Shown here piece after piece: positions 9,821-19,436 of a stretch of 54,940 nt of DNA. The position numbers were made by a program, and so were the translations under genes. Below the pieces are notes generated by a model. It searched no databases, was not told where the DNA came from, and saw nothing but the letters and a program-made list of their open reading frames with translations. This DNA is from a phage, in the NCBI GenBank assembly GCA_025829515.1, contig GCA_025829515.1_4865.2. One strand, written 5' to 3'. How positions within the stretch are numbered: position 1 is the first letter of the stretch; every line of letters begins with the position of its first letter.

Positions 9821-10865
9821 ACAGTGGGCTTCGGCCCACTAACCCTATTCGAGCCGTGATACTTACTCAGATTGTGCGGGTTGATGTCCCGCATGAGCCG
9901 GTAGCAGCTCAGACCTACGGTAGACCAATAAATCCGTAGCAGCCAGGTACACAAAGTACCAGGTCGCTTGTACAGGATGCTGGGTATCTGACCGGTCATA
10001 ACCTCATTCGATACGAGACACGTTTATGCATGAAATACTCCAGTACATCAGGATGTTGATTTCCAACGTCCGGTTCTGGGTATTCAATCATGTTTGGTTT
10101 ACAGGCGATGGGTTTTCCCGCAAGGGCCCCACTTACAGACTGGCGTCTCCACGACAACCGTCCCTAGGGGACAGGCAAGCACCGGCCCATTAAGCCGCTA
10201 CGCTACGCCTGTAAATCCACAATCTGATAACCGAATGGGATTGAGTTCCCAGTGTTAGGGTGACTGTGTGTCACCGTAGGCGCGGTACCTCATACGGCCG
10301 GTACGCCACGAATGTACGTGATAGCGGGTGGTGCTTGGAGACGCTAAGACCTGACCTTGCGGCCAGGCTCAGAAGAAGAAGTCCATCACCCGCATTCAGA
10401 AATGAATTTAGGTTAATTATTATTTATGGAAGTGATGAAATCGTTTACGTGATAACTTAGTAGTATGCAACGAACAATACCAGAGTGACTTTACGAGGTT
10501 ACTGTGGTATATGTCGGTGCGCCGGGCAACGTGTTGCCGCAGATAAGCCCGAGGGAGCTGAGTGCACTAACACACGCCGGGATGCATCGGCACCTTACAA
10601 TGGGAGCGCTGTCACCATCAGTGATGACAGGAGTGAAGGATTCGTACCTCACTCGACTGGGCGGAAGCCTGGGCGTTCCCCCATCTTCACATCATGGCCG
10701 GCTTGCCGGTTCAACGTAGACGTCTCGTAAGAGATTTCCAGTCAGGCAACTGATAACACACCTAAGCGTCGACCTTGGACGTATGGTGTCTGGTTAAGTC
10801 CCCCGAAACGGAAACCAGTAGGGGTGTGGTACGTTGAGTGTAACTATCATGATGCCATGAACAAT

Positions 10866-10935
10866 GGCTTTGTAGCTCAGGTAGGTAGAGCAACCTCTTC
10901 GAGGAAGGTCGCCGGTTCGAGTCCGGTCAAAGCAA
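10866..10935 (+). tRNA. tRNA-like element with canonical acceptor, D and T arms but a truncated anticodon arm (possible pseudo-tRNA)
   Basis: tagctcaggtaggtagagc D-arm and gccggttcgagtccggt T-arm are tRNA-typical, but only 14 nt (aacctcttcgagga) lie where an 18-nt anticodon arm should be; G1-A72 mismatch. Confidence 0.4.
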
Positions 10936-11009
10936 GAGCAGCGAAGTTAGAGGAATTAACACCCGACTCATAATCGGATATTTCGACGGTTCGAATCCGT
11001 CCGTTTGCT
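10936..11009 (+). tRNA. tRNA-like element, possible tRNA-Met/Ile2 (anticodon CAU), non-canonical D and acceptor arms
   Basis: T-arm gacgg-ttcgaat-ccgtc and anticodon arm cccga-ctCATaa-tcgga are recognisable; acceptor pairing imperfect and the 5' boundary is uncertain. Confidence 0.35.
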
Positions 11010-11390
11010 CGCCCCATTTGTGTTATCCTTATCCCGAAGGCATTCGAAATAAGACGCGTATCCACACACGGGTCAAGGGTAACACGAACCACTTCCGCGG
11101 TCACCGTGTCCATTGCCGCCTACCTGCATGGGCTGTCCTCCGACACGGTGACTTCGGGCCAACTTACAGGCCAGGGCCGTTTGGGTTTTTCTTACGCATC
11201 CATCCAGAGCCACCTCGCGCCCTAGTCTGTATACCCCTTTTCTGTTCCTGGTTTGCCAACTAAATCAATTAAGCCTGGTGCGTTGCCCTGGGAACAGAAA
11301 AACTTATTCGGTTACACACCGAACCCACCCACGAGGGATATGTCGTGGACTACCAATAGAAGCAGCAATAGTAGTAAGAAGGAAAGCAAC

Positions 11391-12215
11391 ATGTTTACAG
11401 TTAAACGTGTGATTGATGGTGACCGTATTATTACCGAACATGAAAAGGTACGTATCGGTGACCGTAAGTCTCGTGTATTCCGCGAGGCATTAAAAATGCT
11501 CGAGAACGAGCGCTTCGACATCGTTGTCGATGATGAAAAGTTAGCCCTTAATCCGGGGTTAAAACGCGTTGCCCCTGATGTGCCTGATCCGAACACCATG
11601 CATTTGTCTGACTACTATAGTTGGGCGTATCGCAGAGAGAAAAGTTGTGAAGACGCGCATTTATACTTAAAACAGCTGTTCCCTAACCTGGTATTGCCTG
11701 ACCATGATTCAGTCGGCGTTATTGATAACGACTATCAAACGTTTATGAACTATGTAGAGGCTAATCCGGGCGTAACTCGCATTTTGGTTTTAGCTGAAAA
11801 CCACAAGTCCACTGATGCTATTGTAAAACTGGTTATGAGCCAGCTTGCAGACGAAGGCACGATGTACAGCATCGACTACTATAAACCTTCTCCGGATAGC
11901 GATCTCGGTATTATTGTTTATACCTACGGTGAGTTACAACAGGTCGAACTGGAACCTGGTCCAGCGATGGAGTTCACCGACGTCCAGGAGCAGTCTCAGT
12001 GGGTTAACGGTGAGTGCGTTGTTACTGTTTTAAAAGGCGCGCGCCCTGGCGACCGGTCAGTCGATGAACTGATTGGCGCAATGTGCATCGAAGAAGAATC
12101 TGGATACGATCCTGATAACCAGATCAGTACCGGTGCGTTGTACGAACTGTTTTATAAAGGCGACGAAGTCTACGTGGTTAACTCTCACGGTAAGACTACC
12201 GACGTCCTTCGCTGA
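11391..12215 (+). CDS. hypothetical protein
   Basis: ORF track starts at 11253, but the first 46 codons are low-complexity; the in-frame ATG at 11391 has AAGGAAAG upstream. Confidence 0.5.
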   Translation: MFTVKRVIDGDRIITEHEKVRIGDRKSRVFREALKMLENERFDIVVDDEKLALNPGLKRVAPDVPDPNTMHLSDYYSWAYRREKSCEDAHLYLKQLFPNLVLPDHDSVGVIDNDYQTFMNYVEANPGVTRILVLAENHKSTDAIVKLVMSQLADEGTMYSIDYYKPSPDSDLGIIVYTYGELQQVELEPGPAMEFTDVQEQSQWVNGECVVTVLKGARPGDRSVDELIGAMCIEEESGYDPDNQISTGALYELFYKGDEVYVVNSHGKTTDVLR

Positions 12216-12305
12216 ATTAGCTAACGCCCAGTAGCTATGTTCCTGACGATTAGCCCTCGTCTGACCTTGTAAGACCTTGTAGATTTACATGCCAACACCA
12301 GGGAA

Positions 12306-12348
12306 GTCCTCACTCTTCGGAGTGAGGACAACTCTTTTATTTTTTTTG
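12306..12348 (+). terminator. rho-independent terminator
   Basis: Stem gtcctcact/agtgaggac with cUUCGg loop followed by a T-run. Confidence 0.65.
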
Positions 12349-12364
12349 TATTCCAAATATTCAC

Positions 12365-12380
12365 AGATAGATATTACCTA
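12365..12380 (+). promoter_or_regulatory. palindromic motif site A (agatagatattaccta, one mismatch to AGATAtTATCT core)
   Basis: Seven-member motif family; this copy is ~60 nt upstream of the 12439 start. Confidence 0.45.
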
Positions 12381-12438
12381 AGTGAGATGAGAAAGCCTCA
12401 TCTGAATTCCCCCAACTCGACTATAAAAGGTAAGCATC

Positions 12439-13386
12439 ATGTACAGACCAAGTAATCCTAGTGCTATTGAAGGATTAAACCAGGATGGCTTCAGCCTCGC
12501 AGAAGCAACCCGCATTCGACCTTTCTTACCTCGCAGATTCTTCCCTTTCGGTTCGTTATACAGAACGAATTTCGACGCCTGGGAAGCGATACGTGCTGTA
12601 AAAGATGCACTACAGTACAAGAACTTCGAATTCCGATTTGTTTTCAAATGGGTCAACGGCGAATTGCTCCACCACTTCGGATTCCAACAGAACGAGTTCA
12701 TTGAGTATACCTCACCTACGTACCACACCAGGTTCTTAAGTATCGAATTCGTTCGCCATTTCGGCGATGCACTCTTTACGGAACGGGCTACAGATGAAAA
12801 CCACGGACGTGGGCTGATGTTAACGAACGGCGCACTGCGCATCAAGATGAATCGTTTACGGGAAGCGTATAACCAGCTTATCAATCCTGAACCGGTAATG
12901 TTTCCAACTGTGGCTGATTTGAACATTACACCGCTCCAGTTACCTGTGGATGTGGATAGACCGATTCTGGCAATCCACGCTCTCCAGGCAGGCTATGCAA
13001 ACTGGTATAAAGAGCACAGTCTCCCGAACACCAGATTGAACATCGCACCGTTTGAGTTGTGCCTGTTCTTAACGTTACGCAAACAACTCGAGCCAGAAAA
13101 CTTAGACTTACGTTATCTGGCTAAAACAGATAGCGGTAGTTACTACCCAACGACCTGGATGCTGGCGGCTGTATTACCCGGCGGTGAAATTATCGGTAAC
13201 CCAGTCACCGATGTTCAACAGTTACCATCACCGTTAACACCACCGAAAGATTCAATCTATCCGTACGCTTCGTGGTACGCGAGCAGTATTGGCGTGAGAT
13301 GGTTAATGTTACACGTTCCTGAAGAGGTCTATAATTTATTCCCGCATGAGCAATGGCTCCGTGCGTATGAAAATCGGTTTGGTTAG
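12439..13386 (+). CDS. hypothetical protein
   Basis: 315-aa ORF downstream of terminator and motif site A. Confidence 0.6.
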   Translation: MYRPSNPSAIEGLNQDGFSLAEATRIRPFLPRRFFPFGSLYRTNFDAWEAIRAVKDALQYKNFEFRFVFKWVNGELLHHFGFQQNEFIEYTSPTYHTRFLSIEFVRHFGDALFTERATDENHGRGLMLTNGALRIKMNRLREAYNQLINPEPVMFPTVADLNITPLQLPVDVDRPILAIHALQAGYANWYKEHSLPNTRLNIAPFELCLFLTLRKQLEPENLDLRYLAKTDSGSYYPTTWMLAAVLPGGEIIGNPVTDVQQLPSPLTPPKDSIYPYASWYASSIGVRWLMLHVPEEVYNLFPHEQWLRAYENRFG

Positions 13387-13400
13387 TAGTCGATGCTTTT

Positions 13401-13436
13401 GAGGGAACTTCGGTTCCCTCTTTTTTTTTCTTTTTT
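13401..13436 (+). terminator. rho-independent terminator
   Basis: Stem gagggaac/gttccctc with UUCG loop and T-tract tttttttttcttttttcacg. Confidence 0.65.
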
Positions 13437-13460
13437 CACGACTGCCTCAGAATCTTATAG
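13421..13460 (+). promoter_or_regulatory. terminator-tail/promoter-like cassette (TTTTTTTTTCTTTTTTCACG-N12-TCTTATAG), copy 1
   Basis: Identical 20-mer plus TCTTATAG box also at 19421-19459; sits 13-33 nt upstream of the next gene start. Confidence 0.4.
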
Positions 13461-13472
13461 GAGGAAGTTACC

Positions 13473-13889
13473 ATGATTACGCAGTGCTACTACCAGACGC
13501 AAGATTTATTTAAAGCATTGGAAGAAAATAAGCTACCCACGACTTTAAGACCGCAGTGCAGTTATTCAAGAATGCTTGCAAGTGAGGTCTTTCCGGTGCT
13601 AATGCAGTTACCTCAATTCCAACCGTGGCTCGACTCGCTAGATGTGGTAGATGTTGTGGCTATCTACACTGGGTCAGACACACCAACAATAAATACAAGC
13701 GAGTGTTTATCCCGTAGCGAATCGTCGGCGATAAATGAAATGCCGCAGCTAATGCCTTCTTTATTCGATTCGATGTGCGCTGCAGTTATGCAGAAACGAC
13801 TACCTTATGAGGAAGTATTCGCCATTGTGTTAGACAGCATCCACGCAATGAATTATAAACACTATAAAACCCTCGGAACCTTACACTGA
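13473..13889 (+). CDS. hypothetical protein
   Basis: 138-aa ORF; AGGAGGA 8 nt upstream of ATG. Confidence 0.55.
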   Translation: MITQCYYQTQDLFKALEENKLPTTLRPQCSYSRMLASEVFPVLMQLPQFQPWLDSLDVVDVVAIYTGSDTPTINTSECLSRSESSAINEMPQLMPSLFDSMCAAVMQKRLPYEEVFAIVLDSIHAMNYKHYKTLGTLH

Positions 13890-13956
13890 CTTTTTTACGG
13901 CAGGCACCTATCTTGTAGGGAGTCTGTGCTGTAATAGATTCCAAAGGAGATGCTCG

Positions 13957-14346
13957 ATGAAAAACAAACTGCGTCCGCTGGACGTGATTATGGCGCATCC
14001 GGATACCCTCAAGAAAATTAAAGTGGTCAACGAACTTGACCGTGGTCTCCTGGATACTATTCAATGGGGTTTTACTTTCCACCCCGATGAAGAGAACAAC
14101 ACGCGTCAATTAGATGTCTGCGACGGCGTAGAAATCGATTGGTCTTCTAACGAAGGCTTTGATGATGTCGTCGATTATGTTAAACAAGCCACCGTTCCGC
14201 CTGTGTTCCCAGTAGCGGGTTTAGCGGAACACACAATTTCTCTCCGCCGACTGGTTAACGCTCAACCAGAAATCGTGCGTGAAGGTGAGGCGTGGACGTC
14301 AGGCATTACCCACCATCTTAAGGATGTGTTGGGTGTTGCCGGTTAA
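13957..14346 (+). CDS. hypothetical protein
   Basis: 129-aa ORF; AAGGAG RBS. Confidence 0.55.
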   Translation: MKNKLRPLDVIMAHPDTLKKIKVVNELDRGLLDTIQWGFTFHPDEENNTRQLDVCDGVEIDWSSNEGFDDVVDYVKQATVPPVFPVAGLAEHTISLRRLVNAQPEIVREGEAWTSGITHHLKDVLGVAG

Positions 14347-14356
14347 AAAAGAAGAA

Positions 14357-14398
14357 GTACCTCTACGCGAGTAGAGGTACGGAATCTTTCTTTTTTTG
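14357..14398. terminator. bidirectional rho-independent terminator
   Basis: Perfect 10-bp palindrome gtacctctac-gcga-gtagaggtac flanked by an A-run upstream and T-run downstream; lies between convergent genes. Confidence 0.65.
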
Positions 14399-15211
14399 TT
14401 ACGACTTGAAGCGTCCACCGTTCATGTAGTTCCAACGGTTTCCGATGTTGTCGTTGTGGACCAGGCAACGTTGCATTTTCGGCAAGGTGTCTTCGAACAT
14501 TTGACCGGCGTCCGAGTAACCTTCAATAACGTTTCTGAAGGCACCGAACTCCATACCATTTTCCAGTTTACCGGAATCCATGTCGAAGATCATGGTGTTG
14601 TAGATATATTGCTTAACAGCCATGACTGCCAGCTCACCTACAACCGGATAGAATGCTGGTTTGATTTCGTTCATCTCCTGGGACAGTTCGTACTTCACCA
14701 CGAGTTTGGTAGAGTAAACGAACATGCCTGGGTCTTTGATACGAATGGTATTCGGACCGAGCACTTCAACTTCTGGTGAGGCGATACGCGGCATCGCGGA
14801 TTGACTATCAACCACTTGTTGAGTGGACGCCAGTACGCCAGAGGTTGCACCGTCCAGATACGAACCCGCGGGTGGCATGGTGTACGCCTGTCCGGCAACA
14901 GGTGTTACAGAGATATGGGCGTCCAGAATTGGGCGACCACCTGTTTTGATGTCGTCGAGATAATACACGCGACTGAAATAATCTTGCGTGTCGTTATCCC
15001 AAGGAACACCTTGCAAATCTACTTCTTGATACTGCCCCATTCTGGAGATTTCAGGGACCAGAATTTCACGAATAACGCGTTGTTGAATTTCGTTATCTAC
15101 AGAGCTTGCAATTCCCAGTAACTTGAGGTTTTCTGGAACAAAAGCCGCCTGTAGAATCGGGGCAGGGATATGCTGTCTGATTTTACGCAGGCAGTAGTCG
15201 ATAACATTCAT
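14399..15211 (-). CDS. hypothetical protein
   Basis: ORF track extends to 15241 via a TTG; the in-frame ATG (plus 15209-15211) has AGGAG 7 nt upstream, giving MNVIDYCL... Confidence 0.6.
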   Translation of the reverse strand: MNVIDYCLRKIRQHIPAPILQAAFVPENLKLLGIASSVDNEIQQRVIREILVPEISRMGQYQEVDLQGVPWDNDTQDYFSRVYYLDDIKTGGRPILDAHISVTPVAGQAYTMPPAGSYLDGATSGVLASTQQVVDSQSAMPRIASPEVEVLGPNTIRIKDPGMFVYSTKLVVKYELSQEMNEIKPAFYPVVGELAVMAVKQYIYNTMIFDMDSGKLENGMEFGAFRNVIEGYSDAGQMFEDTLPKMQRCLVHNDNIGNRWNYMNGGRFKS

Positions 15212-15332
15212 TCTAAGGCTCCTATGAAGCTCGTAGGACAACTCATACCATCGGGTAATGGGATAGCATTACCTGACATTAAAATACGTTTTACGACCTT
15301 TATGTGCGCACCATACTCGAAGAAATTTTGCA

Positions 15333-15345
15333 TAGATATTATCTT
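15333..15345. promoter_or_regulatory. palindromic motif site B (perfect core AGATAtTATCT)
   Basis: Located in the divergent intergenic region between the minus gene starting at 15211 and the plus gene starting at 15375. Confidence 0.5.
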
Positions 15346-15374
15346 CGTGAATTATCCTTAAGGAGCATTTCTCG

Positions 15375-15695
15375 ATGACGCGCATGTTCTTTAATTTCTC
15401 TCCAGGGACAAATGAGCTGATTGTGCCTGCGGACATGTTACTGTGCGCGATACAAGAAGTTATTTATCCCGGCACGCATGAGTTTCCACGCGAGTGGACA
15501 CGCATTGCCGAAAGTTATTTTGGCACGGAAGCGTGGTTTGTTATTTCGGCGTTGGGCCGAAACCATAGCTATCCCTTTCATTACAAAAATGGAGTTGTGC
15601 AAACGTGGTCAGAATATACCTCGAACCAGCTGCGGTTCATTCTAGCTTCTGGGGGCCTGTCGATGCTTCCCAGTACGCTACCGCTCTGCGGATGA
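15375..15695 (+). CDS. hypothetical protein
   Basis: 106-aa ORF; AAGGAG RBS; first gene of a tightly coupled run of small genes. Confidence 0.5.
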   Translation: MTRMFFNFSPGTNELIVPADMLLCAIQEVIYPGTHEFPREWTRIAESYFGTEAWFVISALGRNHSYPFHYKNGVVQTWSEYTSNQLRFILASGGLSMLPSTLPLCG

Positions 15696-16255
15696 GCCAA
15701 AAAGAACGCGAGATGTTAACTGTACAACTGTTACACACTGCGCTCGAAGATATCTTTTACTCCGTTCCGGAAATGCCTAATGCACGTATGGAACCTTTGC
15801 TGGAACCTTATACTGACGCTTTTAATCTCACGATGATGTTGGTGGCTGACCAGATCATACTTCCACCGAAAACAGTTCCTGTGGAACGTACACACGTTTC
15901 CAGTGGCGGTTTGGGTACTCCGGTTAATAAGACGAAAGAGACCGTAGCGATTTTACGTTCTACCGAATATCTTATCGGATTAGCATTCGAAGACTGTTAC
16001 AACAGTTTCCTGGACAGTATCCATGCGCTTGTGGAGAATGCTGTGAAAGCCGCCAAACACCCGTTTAATCGTTATGCGACGATTAAACTGGAACCACACA
16101 TAACCCGTCGTGGGCAGGTGCAATCTCTGGAGTTACAAATTGGAGAAGACATCAGATTCATCCACTACCGCCAATGCTTCCCAAACAAACGATATCGTCC
16201 GTCTGGTACTGATCGATCACATTGCCTCGACGGCATACGTCAGGATATTGAATGA
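15692..16255 (+). CDS. hypothetical protein
   Basis: ORF track start 15605 overlaps the upstream gene by 90 nt; the in-frame ATG at 15692 forms an ATGA overlap with the upstream stop. Confidence 0.5.
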   Translation: MSQKEREMLTVQLLHTALEDIFYSVPEMPNARMEPLLEPYTDAFNLTMMLVADQIILPPKTVPVERTHVSSGGLGTPVNKTKETVAILRSTEYLIGLAFEDCYNSFLDSIHALVENAVKAAKHPFNRYATIKLEPHITRRGQVQSLELQIGEDIRFIHYRQCFPNKRYRPSGTDRSHCLDGIRQDIE

Positions 16256-16268
16256 CCCCAGCGACATC

Positions 16269-16577
16269 ATGTTCAGCATGTATGATGTTAACACGGGGTT
16301 GAAGCATATCATTCTCTGTATGCTCGAATACATGATTCCGACATTTACAGAACACGGTGCGTGGGACACAGAAACAGTCTCACTGATTGTTAGGTGTTAT
16401 CGTCCCAGAAGTCATTCGCGGGAAATCCACACCATCGCGTCACACGTTCATCGTGCTATCTGTGAGGAAATGGGCATTCCTCCGAAAGGGTATCGGTATC
16501 ATTATAATCAAGCAGACAGAATTCTCCGTTTCATTCCACGTAAGGTAACCGATGTCTATGATGACGGTTTATACTGA
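16269..16577 (+). CDS. hypothetical protein (start uncertain)
   Basis: ORF track start 16110 overlaps the upstream gene by 145 nt; first in-frame ATG after the upstream stop is 16269. Confidence 0.4.
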   Translation: MFSMYDVNTGLKHIILCMLEYMIPTFTEHGAWDTETVSLIVRCYRPRSHSREIHTIASHVHRAICEEMGIPPKGYRYHYNQADRILRFIPRKVTDVYDDGLY

Positions 16578-16959
16578 GTTCGTGCGATTGACTTGCCGAC
16601 TCACCGCACTCGTCAAAGAGAATCTCGGCATCGATTACCAGGATGCTGCGGTAGAGCTTGACGACTATATCGAGCAAATTGTTCGGTTGCATGTTCTGCG
16701 GAAAAAATATGGCGTTATCGATAGCATGATACGCCAGTTCTTTATGGAGTATGTTCACGATAACCCAATCATTACTCCAACCACGTCGGCAAAATACTGG
16801 GCTCTTTGTCGATTTGAGTTGTTGATACGGGACACCGATTGCATCTGGCAAGCAATCGACGAGGACATGACTTATTTACCACAATCCGACTTCCTCCTTT
16901 GGCATGTAGGAGATGGTGTCTGGAAAATGTTAACTACAGGGGTTACTTACAATGATTGA
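16552..16959 (+). CDS. hypothetical protein
   Basis: 135-aa ORF with short overlap to the upstream gene. Confidence 0.5.
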   Translation: MSMMTVYTEFVRLTCRLTALVKENLGIDYQDAAVELDDYIEQIVRLHVLRKKYGVIDSMIRQFFMEYVHDNPIITPTTSAKYWALCRFELLIRDTDCIWQAIDEDMTYLPQSDFLLWHVGDGVWKMLTTGVTYND

Positions 16960-17461
16960 GCGATCTCATTTTTATATCCCCGGCTATCAGTTATTGGCTG
17001 GGCCGTTAACGGAGTTTTCGCCAAACGATGTGCTCCGCGAAGTGAATGACGATTTGAACTCGATAATCAATACCGCCATGAGCTTCGTGGAACGTGGAAC
17101 CATTGGTAGTGAGTTAAAGTTTATGATGAACAATACCTTTGGGTTTGTTTCTCGTACACTGAATGCGCACGGCGTTGTGTTGGAAAATGAGCAAGTAACC
17201 ACTTACGGCACCGCAATTCAAAACATCGGTCGTGCGTATATGACCGCCGTATCGCAGTCTCCTTATTGGTTTACTCACTACGGTCGTTGGGTCGGTGCAC
17301 AATACACAACGCGCAATCCGGCGGATGTCGAATTCTTATTAGACTATAACGGTGGTGATAAATTCCCACAGTTTGCCAGCCAAGAAGCGTACGAGCGAAT
17401 CACCCCACAACTTCTGCCTGTTATCGATTTGCTTATCGGTAATCTCGGAGGTCGTGTATGA
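16952..17461 (+). CDS. hypothetical protein
   Basis: 169-aa ORF; start overlaps the upstream stop. Confidence 0.55.
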   Translation: MIERSHFYIPGYQLLAGPLTEFSPNDVLREVNDDLNSIINTAMSFVERGTIGSELKFMMNNTFGFVSRTLNAHGVVLENEQVTTYGTAIQNIGRAYMTAVSQSPYWFTHYGRWVGAQYTTRNPADVEFLLDYNGGDKFPQFASQEAYERITPQLLPVIDLLIGNLGGRV

Positions 17462-17946
17462 GCGTTCTGTTTGATGTGGCGGATATTGCGAACCAATATA
17501 GCGCGACTCGGTTTTACGAGCATGTTCGTGAAGCGGCATTGCGTGTACTGGAAGCCAGTAACCTGGAGATTGATGAAACACAGATACGTGATTTTTATCA
17601 ACGTTTTGCGTTTGCGTATATCATCGGTGTGAAAACTCGTGACCCTTCGACGATGGTTGATTTGTTACAGGAAGACACGCTTGAACCTCTGGGCAATTGG
17701 GAGTTGGTGACCGATGGTCTGTCCGTTGACCAGTTCGCTAAGGAAACGTCTGTCGATACGACGTTTCTGGCAGCACAAGGTTCGCCCGAACAACATCAAG
17801 CCGCCTTCGGCGCTGCGGTAAGTTTGCTGGCCGAAGAGTTAACAAACTTAACTGGTTTTGCTGGACTGATAGAGTCGCTGTATCCGGGGCGATATCAAAC
17901 GTATGTAGGTGATAGTTTTAACGATGTGGTGTTAATCTGCGAATGA
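17458..17946 (+). CDS. hypothetical protein
   Basis: 162-aa ORF; ATGA start/stop overlap. Confidence 0.55.
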   Translation: MSVLFDVADIANQYSATRFYEHVREAALRVLEASNLEIDETQIRDFYQRFAFAYIIGVKTRDPSTMVDLLQEDTLEPLGNWELVTDGLSVDQFAKETSVDTTFLAAQGSPEQHQAAFGAAVSLLAEELTNLTGFAGLIESLYPGRYQTYVGDSFNDVVLICE

Positions 17947-18374
17947 AACTGTACATGACCATAGGCGAAGTCTTCAAATATGAGTCGTTGTTGGCACGGG
18001 CCGAGATTGCTGATACTAGCGAGATCGAGCCCGCTGTCGCTTATTTGTTTCTGGCCAGTTACGCCGAATTAACGGTACGTTCTATTGTTAATGGGCTAGG
18101 TAAGGGTAAGAACTTTCTTACTTTTATCCCCCCAGACCCTGCGTTGATACTGGAACAGTTGCGCGGGCTGTGGGGTACTGAAAAGGTGCTGCCTCTAAAC
18201 TGCTACAGCATGAGCAGTGGGATTAAGGATGATGTTCGGTTCTATGAAATCCTTTCCGTGATAGAACGTGTGTGGGGCATGGCTGGCTTGACTCCAGAAG
18301 ACGGAGCAAAAAAGACAAAGGTTTCACTCCTTATGAATGAAATTGGCAACGCACTCATCTGTGTTGAATGTTAA
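17943..18374 (+). CDS. hypothetical protein
   Basis: 143-aa ORF; ATGA start/stop overlap. Confidence 0.55.
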   Translation: MKLYMTIGEVFKYESLLARAEIADTSEIEPAVAYLFLASYAELTVRSIVNGLGKGKNFLTFIPPDPALILEQLRGLWGTEKVLPLNCYSMSSGIKDDVRFYEILSVIERVWGMAGLTPEDGAKKTKVSLLMNEIGNALICVEC

Positions 18375-18383
18375 GGAGTACGA

Positions 18384-18983
18384 ATGATCTACAAGGTGAT
18401 CGCCAACCACTTGATTAATGTGGACTTGGGGGTCGTGGGGTATCTTCCGGACGGTATGCGGTTTTTGGATTTGGTGGTTGACACCGTGGTCCGCCTACCG
18501 CGTATCACCGTGGAGATACCCGTAAAAGAATTGGACCAGGACGAGATACACGAACTTATACGTGAAACGCTGACTAGCTATACGTACGAGTTTCGTTGCA
18601 TGTTGCCTCGCACCGACCTTACGTTCTTGCACGACTTCTTTACGTTACTGACTGACGAGTACCGTCGGTGGAAGTTTAATGTTGCAATGGAAGCCAGCAC
18701 TGAGTCACATTTTAACGGGCTGACACCATTGTTAGATTTAGCGTTGGTGTACAAAGAGCAAGACAGTTCACACTGGGCTACGCTCAAGCACTACACGTTG
18801 GATCTAATGGCGACCGCCGTAACGGAGGCAGTTATGGCGCATTATGTTGAGCCGGTGAAGATGTTCTTAGAGGCGCATAATGGCGCTATCCGTACGTTGG
18901 TTCTCAAGGTGGACTTCCCGAAAACACCAGTGACCAATGCTTTGGATATGAGGCTGCTTATTGATGTTCCTGAGGAGGAATAA
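18384..18983 (+). CDS. hypothetical protein
   Basis: 199-aa ORF; AAGGAG RBS. Confidence 0.55.
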   Translation: MIYKVIANHLINVDLGVVGYLPDGMRFLDLVVDTVVRLPRITVEIPVKELDQDEIHELIRETLTSYTYEFRCMLPRTDLTFLHDFFTLLTDEYRRWKFNVAMEASTESHFNGLTPLLDLALVYKEQDSSHWATLKHYTLDLMATAVTEAVMAHYVEPVKMFLEAHNGAIRTLVLKVDFPKTPVTNALDMRLLIDVPEEE

Positions 18984-19393
18984 TGTTCGATTTACGCACA
19001 CTGGTCGCTGGGCAAAAAGTTAACATTGTTTACGACACCCCTTTGAAAGGGCAAGAGACGCGTGTAATTATTCTGGCAACCGGCGTTGGCTACGAGATGG
19101 CCAAAAGTTATATGGATGTGATGGCGGAGCAGAAGAATATCTACTCGTCCATCGTTTCCCAGCCAGAAGATAATGTGAACAAATACACGTATCTGATTTT
19201 CAAAGGTGTTGACGGCAAACCAAAAGTCGCTGCCGATGCCTGGATTCGTGATGTTCAGATTATCGAAAACACGAAGGTGCGCTTCACCGTCACCCTGGAT
19301 AACAAACAGGAGATTGACGACCTTAAACGTGCCCTGGCTGCCAATGGTTTCAATGACGTCGATTTTGAAATCGTTGAGAGTATTGCCGGTTAA
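18983..19393 (+). CDS. hypothetical protein
   Basis: 136-aa ORF; TAATG overlap with the upstream stop; followed by a terminator. Confidence 0.55.
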   Translation: MFDLRTLVAGQKVNIVYDTPLKGQETRVIILATGVGYEMAKSYMDVMAEQKNIYSSIVSQPEDNVNKYTYLIFKGVDGKPKVAADAWIRDVQIIENTKVRFTVTLDNKQEIDDLKRALAANGFNDVDFEIVESIAG

Positions 19394-19399
19394 AGTAAG

Positions 19400-19436
19400 C
19401 CCACTCTTCGGAGTGGGTTATTTTTTTTTCTTTTTT
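19400..19436 (+). terminator. rho-independent terminator
   Basis: Stem cccactc/gagtggg with UUCG loop and long T-tract. Confidence 0.65.

Noticed and set aside
10260-10730. Short plus-strand ORFs (66-81 aa) in the GC-rich region between tRNAs
   Set aside because: They overlap each other in different frames, lack RBSs and have Arg/Gly-rich composition typical of random GC-rich sequence
11253-11390. Upstream extension of ORF 11253..12215
   Set aside because: No RBS at 11253; the extension is low-complexity (NRSSNSSKKESN); the internal ATG at 11391 has a strong RBS
12439-13386. PhuZ-like tubulin candidate for the 315-aa protein
   Set aside because: No GGGTGSG tubulin signature or other GTPase motifs in the translation
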